A stretch of 64,000 nt of DNA from an uncultured Methanomicrobiaceae archaeon (GTDB lineage Archaea > Halobacteriota > Methanomicrobia > Methanomicrobiales > Methanoculleaceae): contig CAWGXH010000004.1 of assembly GCA_963826525.1 (NCBI GenBank), forward strand, positions 576,001 through 640,000, given 5' to 3'. Positions 10,394 through 19,353 of this stretch are shown one piece after another. The position numbers were made by a program, and so were the translations under genes. Each line of letters opens with the position of its first letter. Position 1 is the first letter of the stretch. Under the pieces are notes generated by a model. It did not search any database, had not been told where the DNA came from, and saw only the letters and a list, made by a program, of their open reading frames with translations.

Positions 10394-11596
10394 ATGTTCG
10401 AGAATATCAAAGTGGCATCCTTCCTCGCATTCAAGCAGATCCAGCGGGGAAACAAAGGGACGCTGATCCTGACCATCATGATCATCGCTCTCATCTTCGT
10501 CAACCTGGTCTTTCTTCCCTCGATCATATCGGGGGTCGTCGAGACGTTCAACTCCCAGTCGATCAACTTCAACTACGGCAACCTGGTCATCGAGCCGCGG
10601 GAGGGCGATCAGTACATCAGCAACGTCGATACCCTGCAGAAGAAGGTCGAGCAGATCCCCGGTATCGTCGGCACCTCGCCCCGCATCTCCACCGGGGTCA
10701 CCTACTTCTACAAAGGCAGGAACGCCCGGAGCACGCTCTACGGCATCAACCCCACGGACGAACGATCGGTCACGACGATCGATCAGCATATGGTTTCCGG
10801 AGAGTTCTTAAGCGACGGCGATACCGACCAGATCGTCATGGGGCGGACACTCGCCGGGACCGAAGGAGAAGAGGGCGGCGGGCTCCCGTCGCTCCAGGGC
10901 GTGCAGGTCGGCGACTCCGTCGAGGTCGCCTTCCCGAACGGTGAGCGGCACACGTACCAGGTCAAGGGGATCTACGAGACGCAGTCCATCAGCGTCGACA
11001 GTTCGGCCTTTATCACCACCAAAGCGATGGACGCCGTCCTCGGTCTCGATAATCAGGCGTCGCAGATCCTCGTCAAGACCGCCGTGAACGGCGAGGAGGA
11101 GATGTTCCGGACCCGCCTTCTCGCCTACGGCGTCCAGCAGCAGGTCTTCACCTACGAGCAGAAGGCGGCCGGGTTCGTCAACCAGGCCATCCAGAGTTTC
11201 GAGATCATCAATGCCATCTCCACCCTGGTCAGCCTGATCATCACCATCGTAGTGGTCTTCATCGTCATCTTCATCAACACGGTGAACAAACGCCGACAGA
11301 TCGGGATCTTAAAAGCGATCGGGATCAACAAGCAGATCATCGTCAACTCGTACGTCATCCAGGTGCTCGTCATCACCTCCGCCGGGGCGGTGGTCGGGAT
11401 CATTCTCACGAGCGGCGTCATCACCTATCTCACGATCAATCCCCTCGTCTTTCCGGGAGGCCCGGTCTATCCGGTGGTCGAGACGATGACGATCGTACAG
11501 AGCGTCGCAAGCCTCTTTGCCGTATCGGTGATCGCCGGGTACATCCCGGCATGGCAGACCGCCAGGGAAGATATTCTGGACGCAATTCAGAGGTAG
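10394..11596 (+). CDS. FtsX/MacB-like ABC transporter permease
   Basis: N-terminal TM, large extracellular loop, RRQIGILKAIG, PAWQTAREDILDAI. Confidence 0.88.
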   Translation: MFENIKVASFLAFKQIQRGNKGTLILTIMIIALIFVNLVFLPSIISGVVETFNSQSINFNYGNLVIEPREGDQYISNVDTLQKKVEQIPGIVGTSPRISTGVTYFYKGRNARSTLYGINPTDERSVTTIDQHMVSGEFLSDGDTDQIVMGRTLAGTEGEEGGGLPSLQGVQVGDSVEVAFPNGERHTYQVKGIYETQSISVDSSAFITTKAMDAVLGLDNQASQILVKTAVNGEEEMFRTRLLAYGVQQQVFTYEQKAAGFVNQAIQSFEIINAISTLVSLIITIVVVFIVIFINTVNKRRQIGILKAIGINKQIIVNSYVIQVLVITSAGAVVGIILTSGVITYLTINPLVFPGGPVYPVVETMTIVQSVASLFAVSVIAGYIPAWQTAREDILDAIQR

Positions 11597-11601
11597 CAGG
11601 C

Positions 11602-12302
11602 ATGATCGTCGTCGAAGACGTCACGAGGATTTACAGACTGGGCAAGGTCGAGGTGCGGGCGCTGAAGGGAGTCTCCTTTACATCGAGGAAGGGGAGTTTG
11701 TCGGGATTACGGGCGCCAGCGGCAGCGGCAAATCGACGCTCCTGCATATCATGGGACTGCTTGATCGACCCACTTCGGGCAGAGTTCTCATCAACGGCCG
11801 TGACGTGCAGAAACTCTCCGACCGGCAGCAGACGCTCTTCCGGTTAAACCGACTCGGCTACGTCTTCCAGGACTACGCCCTGATCCCGGAGCTGACGGCT
11901 CTTGAGAATGTCTACGTGACGTCGCTTGCACGGGGGGTGCCGGAGGCCGAGTATATCCGGCGGGGAACCGAGGTGCTCAGGCAGGTCGGCCTCGGCGACC
12001 GGATCAATCACCGGCAGAGCGAGCTCTCGGGCGGCGAGCAGCAGCGGGTAGCGATCGCCCGGGCACTCGTGAACACGCCGAGCATTCTCCTCGCCGACGA
12101 GCCCTGCGCCAACCTCGACTCGGAGACCTCGAAGAGTATCCTCGACCTCTTCAAGCAGGTCAACGAGGAGCTGAACCAGACGATCATCATGGTATCGCAT
12201 GAAAAATGGCACGAACGCTACTTCTGCAGGATCATCAATCTCAAAGACGGTATGATCGAGCATATGCAGGAATGCGAATCCGGCGAGGAGCCCGCCGGGT
12301 GA
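11602..12302 (+). CDS. LolD/MacB-type ABC ATP-binding protein, 1 frameshift near 11680
   Basis: Walker A GASGSGKST after correction, GYVFQ, LSGGEQQRVAIARAL, LLADEP. Confidence 0.88.
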
Positions 12303-12314
12303 GAGGCGGCAGCT

Positions 12315-12905
12315 TCACCGCCTCTCTTCCGGCCGGAGTTCTTCGCGGATCTTCTGCAGGATGTCGTATGCCGCGTACCGGAACTCCCGTTCGACGTCCT
12401 CCCAGGTGATCCGCTCTTTCTCCTCGCGGGTAGGGTGCCGTTTCTCCCTGCAGGCCGGAACACCGGTGCGCGACGCGACGATGACCGGTCGAAGAATATG
12501 GATGTACCCAACAGTCAAAACCACGAAAAAGACGACAATCCCGAGCATCACCGCTACAGACGTTAGCGAGTGGGCGAAATCGACCCCGAAGAGATCGCCC
12601 GCAAGGAACGTGATCCGGAAGAGAAAGGCAACAAGGAAGAGACTCGCCGAGGCCGTCAGGACCGGGGAAGGGAGGTTCAGCGGGAACGGCAGCATCCGGA
12701 AGACCGCACCGATGAAGAAGAGGAACGAGAGGGTGAGGAGCAGCCAGATCGTTTCGTTCAGAAAATCTACGACGGAGTGGTATCCGGGGTCGGCGATCAC
12801 GAGCGTCAGGAGATTCATGACGGCGATCAGGGCAAAGAATGTCAGAATACCGGAATAGCGGATGAAGAGTCTCCAGTAGATTGACTGATCCGAATCTCTG
12901 GCCAT
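12315..12905 (-). CDS. Hypothetical 4-TM membrane protein
   Basis: Four hydrophobic segments and a charged C-terminal helix (ITWEDVEREFRYAAYD). Confidence 0.7.
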   Translation of the reverse strand: MARDSDQSIYWRLFIRYSGILTFFALIAVMNLLTLVIADPGYHSVVDFLNETIWLLLTLSFLFFIGAVFRMLPFPLNLPSPVLTASASLFLVAFLFRITFLAGDLFGVDFAHSLTSVAVMLGIVVFFVVLTVGYIHILRPVIVASRTGVPACREKRHPTREEKERITWEDVEREFRYAAYDILQKIREELRPEERR

Positions 12906-13147
12906 GGTAGCGTACTCCGTCGGGAATGCTCCTCTTACTCCTGACAGGATATAGCAATTTCCCGGTGCCGGTGCGTGACGAGCGAAGACCCATCCCCGAC
13001 CGCAACGGTGTTTGAGGAGACCTGAAGGGCTCCTCTGAAACCGCGGATGGGGACGGCCGGATCGGATCTCTCCCGGGATCTCGCACCATGAGATCCATCG
13101 TCACAATTTTATATTCCTCATGCCATAGCCCCCGGCCGGTGAGAGGC

Positions 13148-13324
13148 ATGAAACAAGTGGTGACCTACCGTTGTAAAGATCTCGGCCTCACGTGCGACTA
13201 TGAGGAGAAGGCCGAGAGTGAGAACGAGCTGATGAAGCGCGTCGAGGGGCATATCCAGACCGTACACCAGATGGATATACAGCAACCGGAGGTGCAGGAG
13301 AAGGTGAAGAAGGCGATGAAGTAG
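13148..13324 (+). CDS. DUF1059-like small metal-binding protein
   Basis: YRCKDLGLTCDYEEKAESENELMKRVEGHIQTVH pattern; GAGG upstream of ATG 13148. Confidence 0.8.
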   Translation: MKQVVTYRCKDLGLTCDYEEKAESENELMKRVEGHIQTVHQMDIQQPEVQEKVKKAMK

Positions 13325-13460
13325 GTATCTTCACGGAAACCTACCCTTTCTTCTCGATACGGCCGGATCGCTCTCGAAATCCCGGACCGGGGTGCACCTC
13401 CATGGAGGGAGCGCTGCCTTTATCCCTCACGACGCATATGGCCACTCGGCAAGGGGGTAA

Positions 13461-13664
13461 GTGATGGCTGAGACCGAATGGGTCGTGACGCTGAGCGTCA
13501 GAATGACCGTCCGCGGCGAGCGCTCGAAGGACGAGGCGGTTAAGGCCGCAATTGAGGCTATGCAGAAGAGTGTCAGGGATGGAGGAGAACTCTCGATGCA
13601 GGCGGTCGCACGGAGGACGACGAACCTCACCAACGAGGAACCGCTCTTTGGCATCACCTGGTAG
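13461..13664 (+). CDS. Small hypothetical protein
   Basis: 67-aa ORF with plausible composition and a purine-rich upstream sequence; no family recognised. Confidence 0.5.
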   Translation: MMAETEWVVTLSVRMTVRGERSKDEAVKAAIEAMQKSVRDGGELSMQAVARRTTNLTNEEPLFGITW

Positions 13665-13699
13665 GGACGGCAGGCCACGGAGAAAAAGGGGGGGCTACA

Positions 13700-13876
13700 T
13701 TCCCACCAGGGGCTGGTGAAGGGGAAATCCTCCGGCTTGGGGAGAATTCCCGCTTCACCGGTGGTCATCCCTCCGTCCGGAAATGCGGCGAGGAGTTCTT
13801 CGGGTGTCCTGAGCGAGAACTTCGCACCGGCGAGGGCGCCGGTGATCCGGGCACGGGTCTCTTCTTTGACGTTCAA
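13700..13876 (-). pseudogene. Degenerate MTH865-family gene
   Basis: VKEETRARITGALAGAKF.L.TPEELLAAFPDG..TT / GEAG.L.KPEDFPF matches the family, but a middle segment and the C-terminal helix appear to be missing. Confidence 0.6.
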
Positions 13877-14071
13877 CTGCTTCTCCTCCTGTACGTAACA
13901 ACCTCCAGGATGCCGGGATGATCCTGCAACGCCACGAGCGGGGGGACTATATCATCACCGGAAAGGGATATACGACCCTCAAGGGCATCGACACCCTCTC
14001 CGCCACCCTGCAGCCATAGACCCCGGGACCCCCGCAACTCTTTTATTATTCCCGCGGCCTTTCTCCCACCC

Positions 14072-14710
14072 ATGAGCATATTGCCCGATACCGTTGCAAT
14101 CGATATCGTCCTCATTCCGCCAGGCCCGGTGGTGGACGAGGCCATCCGGATAAACCAGGCGCTGATCATGGGGAACTCCGACGGCGAGATCGCCCTCTCC
14201 CGGGAGGGATCGATCCCCCATATCTCCGTAGCCATGGCCGCGGTGCGGCGAGACGATCTTCCGGCGGTCACCCGGGCGATCGAACGGATTGTACAGCACT
14301 GCACCCCCATGACCCTGACGATCGACGCGATCGAGCATCGGTCGGCTTCGAACGGCGATCGGGTCTCGGCGTTTCACGTTCTGCGGCCGGAGATCATCCA
14401 GCTCTTCCACAAGACCGTGATGAACGCCGTCTCCCGGTACGCGGTCTCCGGCGCGACGCCGGAGATGTTTGCGGACGAGCGTGTAGAAGAGTCGTCGGTC
14501 GACTATCTCCGCCGGTTCCCGGAGACATCGAGTTTTTCGCGGTATTCGCCCCACATCACCCTCGGCTTCGGGGAGATCGAACCGCTTCTCCCCGGCCTCG
14601 ACTTCCCGATCCGATTTGAGGCCACACGGGCGGCGATCTGCCGCCTCGGGAACCATTGCACCTGCCGGGAGATCCTCGCCGAGTTCGCGCTGACCCGAAA
14701 CAGGGTATAA
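14072..14710 (+). CDS. 2H phosphoesterase (2'-5' RNA ligase superfamily)
   Basis: Two HxS/T motifs: PHISV and PHITL. Confidence 0.8.
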   Translation: MSILPDTVAIDIVLIPPGPVVDEAIRINQALIMGNSDGEIALSREGSIPHISVAMAAVRRDDLPAVTRAIERIVQHCTPMTLTIDAIEHRSASNGDRVSAFHVLRPEIIQLFHKTVMNAVSRYAVSGATPEMFADERVEESSVDYLRRFPETSSFSRYSPHITLGFGEIEPLLPGLDFPIRFEATRAAICRLGNHCTCREILAEFALTRNRV

Positions 14711-14717
14711 ACTGACG

Positions 14718-15032
14718 CTACCAGTCCCGCCCGGCAAGCTCCCGGCTCCGGTAGAGCAGGCGGAGTTCTTCCCACCTCCCCCCGGAGGGCGGCCGGAACC
14801 GCCGGCCGGTGGGAGCAAGATCGAGGATCTGCTCCGGGCGGAAACACTGGAGGAGCGCCCGGTCGGTGTGAGCATAGCCGGCAAGCGAGGTTACGTCGTC
14901 CCCGTCGAATGCGATCGCATCGGGCTCGACCTCCCGGGATATGATCTCACCCTCCGGTGTGCGGTAGAGGAGCTGCACGACGACGTGCTCGACCGCCGCC
15001 TTCACCCAGGTATCAGGCAGGTTCAGAGACAT
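14718..15032 (-). CDS. Stand-alone WYL-like domain protein
   Basis: VQLLYRTPEGEIISREVEPDAI...LAGYAH...CFRPEQILDLAPTGRRFRPP follows the WYL pattern (Y...G..S.R.VEP...FR.xxI); no HTH. Confidence 0.65.
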   Translation of the reverse strand: MSLNLPDTWVKAAVEHVVVQLLYRTPEGEIISREVEPDAIAFDGDDVTSLAGYAHTDRALLQCFRPEQILDLAPTGRRFRPPSGGRWEELRLLYRSRELAGRDW

Positions 15033-15160
15033 TCTCTGGGATTTATAGTCTGGGATAAATAGATTGTGGGGGGGCAGGAAGGAGTGTGAGCAGCACACAT
15101 GTGCCCGCTCGCCCGCACGACTACCGAACAGCAGCGCTGCGGAGAGGGGCGGTCCGACCA

Positions 15161-16652
15161 TCACCGCATCCTATCCTCGTGATCACGGCCTGGTGAAACC
15201 CGAGTCCTGATTATCATCACCAGGGCGATTATCGGCACGATCTCCAGTCGTCCGGCCCACATAACGACAATGAACAGCCACTTCGCCGCCGGACTCATGG
15301 CTGGGCCGGCGTATCCCGTGCTGATGCCGACGTTGGAGATGGCAGAGACGACCTCAAAGATGACATCGCCCGAATTATAGTCTGCAGCCGGCCAGATGTG
15401 AAGGAGGAGAAGCGTCGCGGTCATCACCGCCAGTATGAACAGAATTGCGATGAGCAGGTTCTTCGAGACCTCATACTCTGCCAGGTGCTCCTGGATCGGT
15501 TTCCCGTCGTACCAGAGCGAGACCCGTCCCCGCCAGCCGATGAAAAGCCGCCGGAGCCACCACTGGAGCGTTTCGACGGCGAGAATGATCCTGGCGAGCT
15601 TGATCCCGCCGGCCGTGCTCCCGGCCGATCCGCCGATCAACATCAGGGCTGCAAGGAAGATGACCGTGACGCCCGGCCACTCAAGCGGATTCGCGTTCTG
15701 GAAACCCGTGCAGGTGATCCCGCTTACCACCATAAAGATTCCCTGCCGCAGGGCGGGCAGGAGCGGGATGCCGGAGAATGCGACCAGATCGTACGTCACG
15801 ACGGCGCAGCCGAGAAGGGTGAAGGCCGAAGAGGAGGAGCGCCTGCTGGTCGTCAAGGATGCCGAACCGCCGCCGGTGGACGAGGAGGTAGTAGAGCTTG
15901 AACGGCAGGGCGCCGGCGAGCATGATCGGGATGACGAGCATCTCGAGCAGCGGACTATCATAGTAGAGAATACCTGCCGAGTGGACTGAAAAGCCCCCGG
16001 TCGAGATCGCGGTCATGGCGATGTTCACCGCATCCCAGAGCGGGATGCCGGAGACGAGGACGAGCCCGGTGCCGAGGAGCGTGAGCACCACGTAGATCTT
16101 CCACATTTGGATCCCGGTGGCCACGACACTGGGCAGAAACGTCTCGCTCCGCCCCTCGGACCGGTAGAGCCGGAACCGCGTCAGCCCGGACCGGCTGGCC
16201 ATCGCCACCGTGAACGCGACAATCCCAAGCCCGCCCACCCACTGCATCAGCGACCGCCAGAAGAGGAGCGTGCGGGGAACGGTATCGACCGATACTATCA
16301 TCGAGAGGCCTGTCGACGTCCAGCCCGACATCGCCTCGAAGACACTGTCGGTGTAGGGCATCCCGAGCCCGAGGGCGAACGGGAGCGCCCCGATGAGGGC
16401 GGCGACGAGCCAGATCAGGGCGACCGCGGAGAGGGCGACACTGACACGCACCTCCCCCTCCACCCGCGGAACGGATGCCAGGAGAAGACCGATGACCATG
16501 AACCCGAAGGGAGCGGACGCCATCGGCAGCAGGCAGGCAGCCTCGTCGTACCAGAGACCGACCAGGAGCGGGAGGCAGGCGAAGAGGCCGATGAACAGGA
16601 AGAGCTGCCCTACGTCGGAAGCAATGATCGCTAGCTGCCGGTAGCGCATCAT
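15161..16652 (-). CDS. trkH: TrkH-family potassium uptake membrane protein, 1 frameshift near 15825
   Basis: FEAMSGWTSTG, QWVGGLG, AISTGGF, GITCTGF, GGSAGSTAGGIK, SAISNVG, MWAGRLEI. Confidence 0.9.
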
Positions 16653-17079
16653 CGCCGGGAACCGTCCGCCGGCGCCAGCATGAGACGGCGTATGGGCTGA
16701 TCGGTGCATACAGGGCACCTGGTGCGGAGATAGGTAAGGCAGAGTTCCGCACCGGCACTCTCGATCCGGTGGAATATCAAGGTGTTGGTCGATTCCCGGA
16801 TGCGCTCCTGGGGCCAGCGATGCCGAAGCCCTGACCTGCGCCGTCCGGAGGTCGAGTCCCCAGAACGACGCCACCCCCGCCATGGCTCTGGCGCCTCCGG
16901 CAGACGGTGTGCCGGCACCCGGATGAAGGGAGCGTTGCTCCCGATTCCATCCCTTTCGTTTCTGACGCTGCATGCCGGAAAAGGAACAGAATTTTCCTCG
17001 AAATCCTCGCTCTCCGGGTGAGAACGCCGGGTCATGGGGCTGCGTCGTACAGGGACAGGAGAATGCTTTATCGTGAATT

Positions 17080-17770
17080 GTGCGCGAACGAAGGAGGGCG
17101 GAAGAAGCACTCCGGCGCCGCACCGGCGAGCTGGACAGACTCCACCGGCAATTGGAGGCTGCGCACCGGGAGGCAAACCTCTACATGGATATTCTGGCGC
17201 ACGATATCCGGAACACCGAGAACGTCTCGAACCTGTATACAAACCTGCTCATGGGGACCGTGGACGGAGAGCGGCCGGGTCACGGAGAAACTGAAGCGCA
17301 GCATACAGAAGAGTATCGAGATCTTGGCGCCGTCTCCACCATTCGCCGGATCCATCAGGCACCATCGGGGCTCACAGGTAGACCTTGATACAGTGATCCG
17401 GGGGAGCGGACAGTTCTCCGACAGCATCGTCCGGTATGACGGTGTCGCCCACGGTACGTGCGGACGACCTCCTCCCAGAGGTCTTCGCAAACTCATCGGC
17501 AACGCCATGAAGTACAGAGGGGCCGGTCACCATCCGGATCGACGTAGGACGAAACCGTCAGGTCGCGAGCGGCCTGGGCGTCCCGGACGACGAGAAGGAT
17601 GCGATCTTCCCGGTACAGCAGAAGAAACGGGGCGTCGGCGAAGGGCTCGGGCTGTACCTCGTGCAGATCCTCGCCAAGCGCTACGGGGGAGAGATCTGGG
17701 TCGACGACCGGGTGCCTGGCCGGCCGGAGGAGGGGGCGGCGTTCCGGTTCACGCTCCGGCGGGCAGATCG
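17080..17770 (+). pseudogene. Decayed sensor histidine kinase
   Basis: H-box ANLYMDILAHDIRN, DDLLPEVFANLIGNAMKY and GEGLGL...YGGEIWVDDRVPGRPEEGAAFRFTL scattered over several frames with deletions; no sensor domain or clear start. Confidence 0.8.
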
Positions 17771-17862
17771 TCTCTGGGCGTCAAGGGATGCAGCGGGCAT
17801 TCCAGGGTTGCTCGACAGCATTTCCTGCAGTATTTATCGTTTCACCGCGAATCTGTGAAACA

Positions 17863-18831
17863 ATGACCAGAATGCCAGTCTCTCGAGTGCTCCCCGTAGT
17901 TGTGGCGCTCATCCTCCTCTTCACCTGCACCGCCGGGTGCACGGTCACCTTCCAGATGCCCGACCTCCCCGGTATGCCGGAGCCAACACCGCCCTCGCCG
18001 ACCGTCACTCCGACGCCGGTTCCGACCGAAATCCAGCCAGCGGCAAACGGCACTATCCGCATCGGCGCGTTCAACATTCAGGTCTTCGGCGTTACGAAGG
18101 CCGCGAAGCCCGACGTGATAGAGGTGCTCGCCCGAGTCATCAGGACCTATGATATTGTCGCCGTCCAGGAAGTCCGGGATAACTCCAGCACAGCACTGCC
18201 GATGCTTCTTGCGGCCGTGAATGCCGACGGCTCGAACTACACCTACATCGAGAGCGAGCGGCTCGGCCGGACGAGCAGCAAGGAACAGTACGCCTACTTC
18301 TACGACCGGCAGACCATCGAGCTGACGGCGGCCGGCGAGACGTACCCGGAGCCGGAAGGCACCGATCCCTTCCACCGCGACCCGTTCATCGCGCCGTTTA
18401 CGGTGCGGAACGGGTCGTTCGACGCGGTGTACATCGTCGTCCACACCGATCCCGATGAGGCAACCGGGGAGATCGACGCCCTCGATACTGTGGTGGCGTA
18501 TGCCCGGGGGGCATACCCCCTCGAGCAGGACTTCATCGTCATGGGCGACCTGAACGCCGACGGGTCGTACTTCAACGAGAGCGGCCCCTCGCCGCTCCGG
18601 GACGAAGGGTATACCTGGCTGATCACGAACGACCTCGACACCACCACGAAGAGCACCAACGCCACCTACGACCGGATCATCATCACCGGAGCGGCCGTTC
18701 CGGACTTCACCGGTGAGGCCGGGGTCTTCCGGTTCGATACCGCCTACGGGCTGAACCAGACGATGACCGAAGCGGTCTCGGATCACTACCCGGTCTACGC
18801 CATCTTCCGGACGGATCAGGATCAGGACTGA
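17863..18831 (+). CDS. DNase I-like (EEP family) secreted lipoprotein
   Basis: Lipobox-like TAGC, Pro/Thr linker, IGAFNIQVFG, YDIVAVQEVRD, LGRTSSKEQY, VHTDP, MGDLNADGSY, YDRII, SDHYPV. Confidence 0.9.
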   Translation: MTRMPVSRVLPVVVALILLFTCTAGCTVTFQMPDLPGMPEPTPPSPTVTPTPVPTEIQPAANGTIRIGAFNIQVFGVTKAAKPDVIEVLARVIRTYDIVAVQEVRDNSSTALPMLLAAVNADGSNYTYIESERLGRTSSKEQYAYFYDRQTIELTAAGETYPEPEGTDPFHRDPFIAPFTVRNGSFDAVYIVVHTDPDEATGEIDALDTVVAYARGAYPLEQDFIVMGDLNADGSYFNESGPSPLRDEGYTWLITNDLDTTTKSTNATYDRIIITGAAVPDFTGEAGVFRFDTAYGLNQTMTEAVSDHYPVYAIFRTDQDQD

Positions 18832-18871
18832 AAACCCAAAACCTATTTTTGTCCGGGGTCGGGAACGTTTC

Positions 18872-19297
18872 TTACGCTCCCGGCTCCAGCAGGAGGGCCC
18901 GCATGTACGGCCTCGGCCGGAGGACGCACCCGTATGTTTCCTGGACCGCGCCGCAGTCGAGCACCTCAACGGTCACGTCGCCGGTCGAGAAGCCCGGGTC
19001 ATGCTCCCGCACCGTCCGGAGGAAAAGGGGCAGCCGCATGAACGGGCGTGCCGCCTCCGGCACGATCCGAAAATCCTCGAGATCGTCCTTGAGAGTCGAT
19101 CTCCGGGCAAGGTACTCGTCGAAGTAGAGGTAGGTCTCAAACCCGTAACGTTCGTAGAGCGCTGCAAGGTCTGCAAGGCAGAGCCGCGCCCCCGGCTCAA
19201 TGCCGATCGCGAGAAATCGCTCCTTCGTTCCCTGGCCTGGAAGTCCCTCGAACGAAGGAGAGGACCCGCAGGTAATCCGATCGCTCTTGTCGTGCAT
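18872..19297 (-). CDS. Hypothetical protein
   Basis: Globular-looking ORF (LADLAALYERYGFETYLYFDEYLARRSTL); start uncertain. Confidence 0.6.
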   Translation of the reverse strand: MHDKSDRITCGSSPSFEGLPGQGTKERFLAIGIEPGARLCLADLAALYERYGFETYLYFDEYLARRSTLKDDLEDFRIVPEAARPFMRLPLFLRTVREHDPGFSTGDVTVEVLDCGAVQETYGCVLRPRPYMRALLLEPGA

Positions 19298-19353
19298 GCT
19301 CATCGTACTCATACACCAGAAAGAGAGAAAAACGTGAGGTTTCCCCCGATCCC

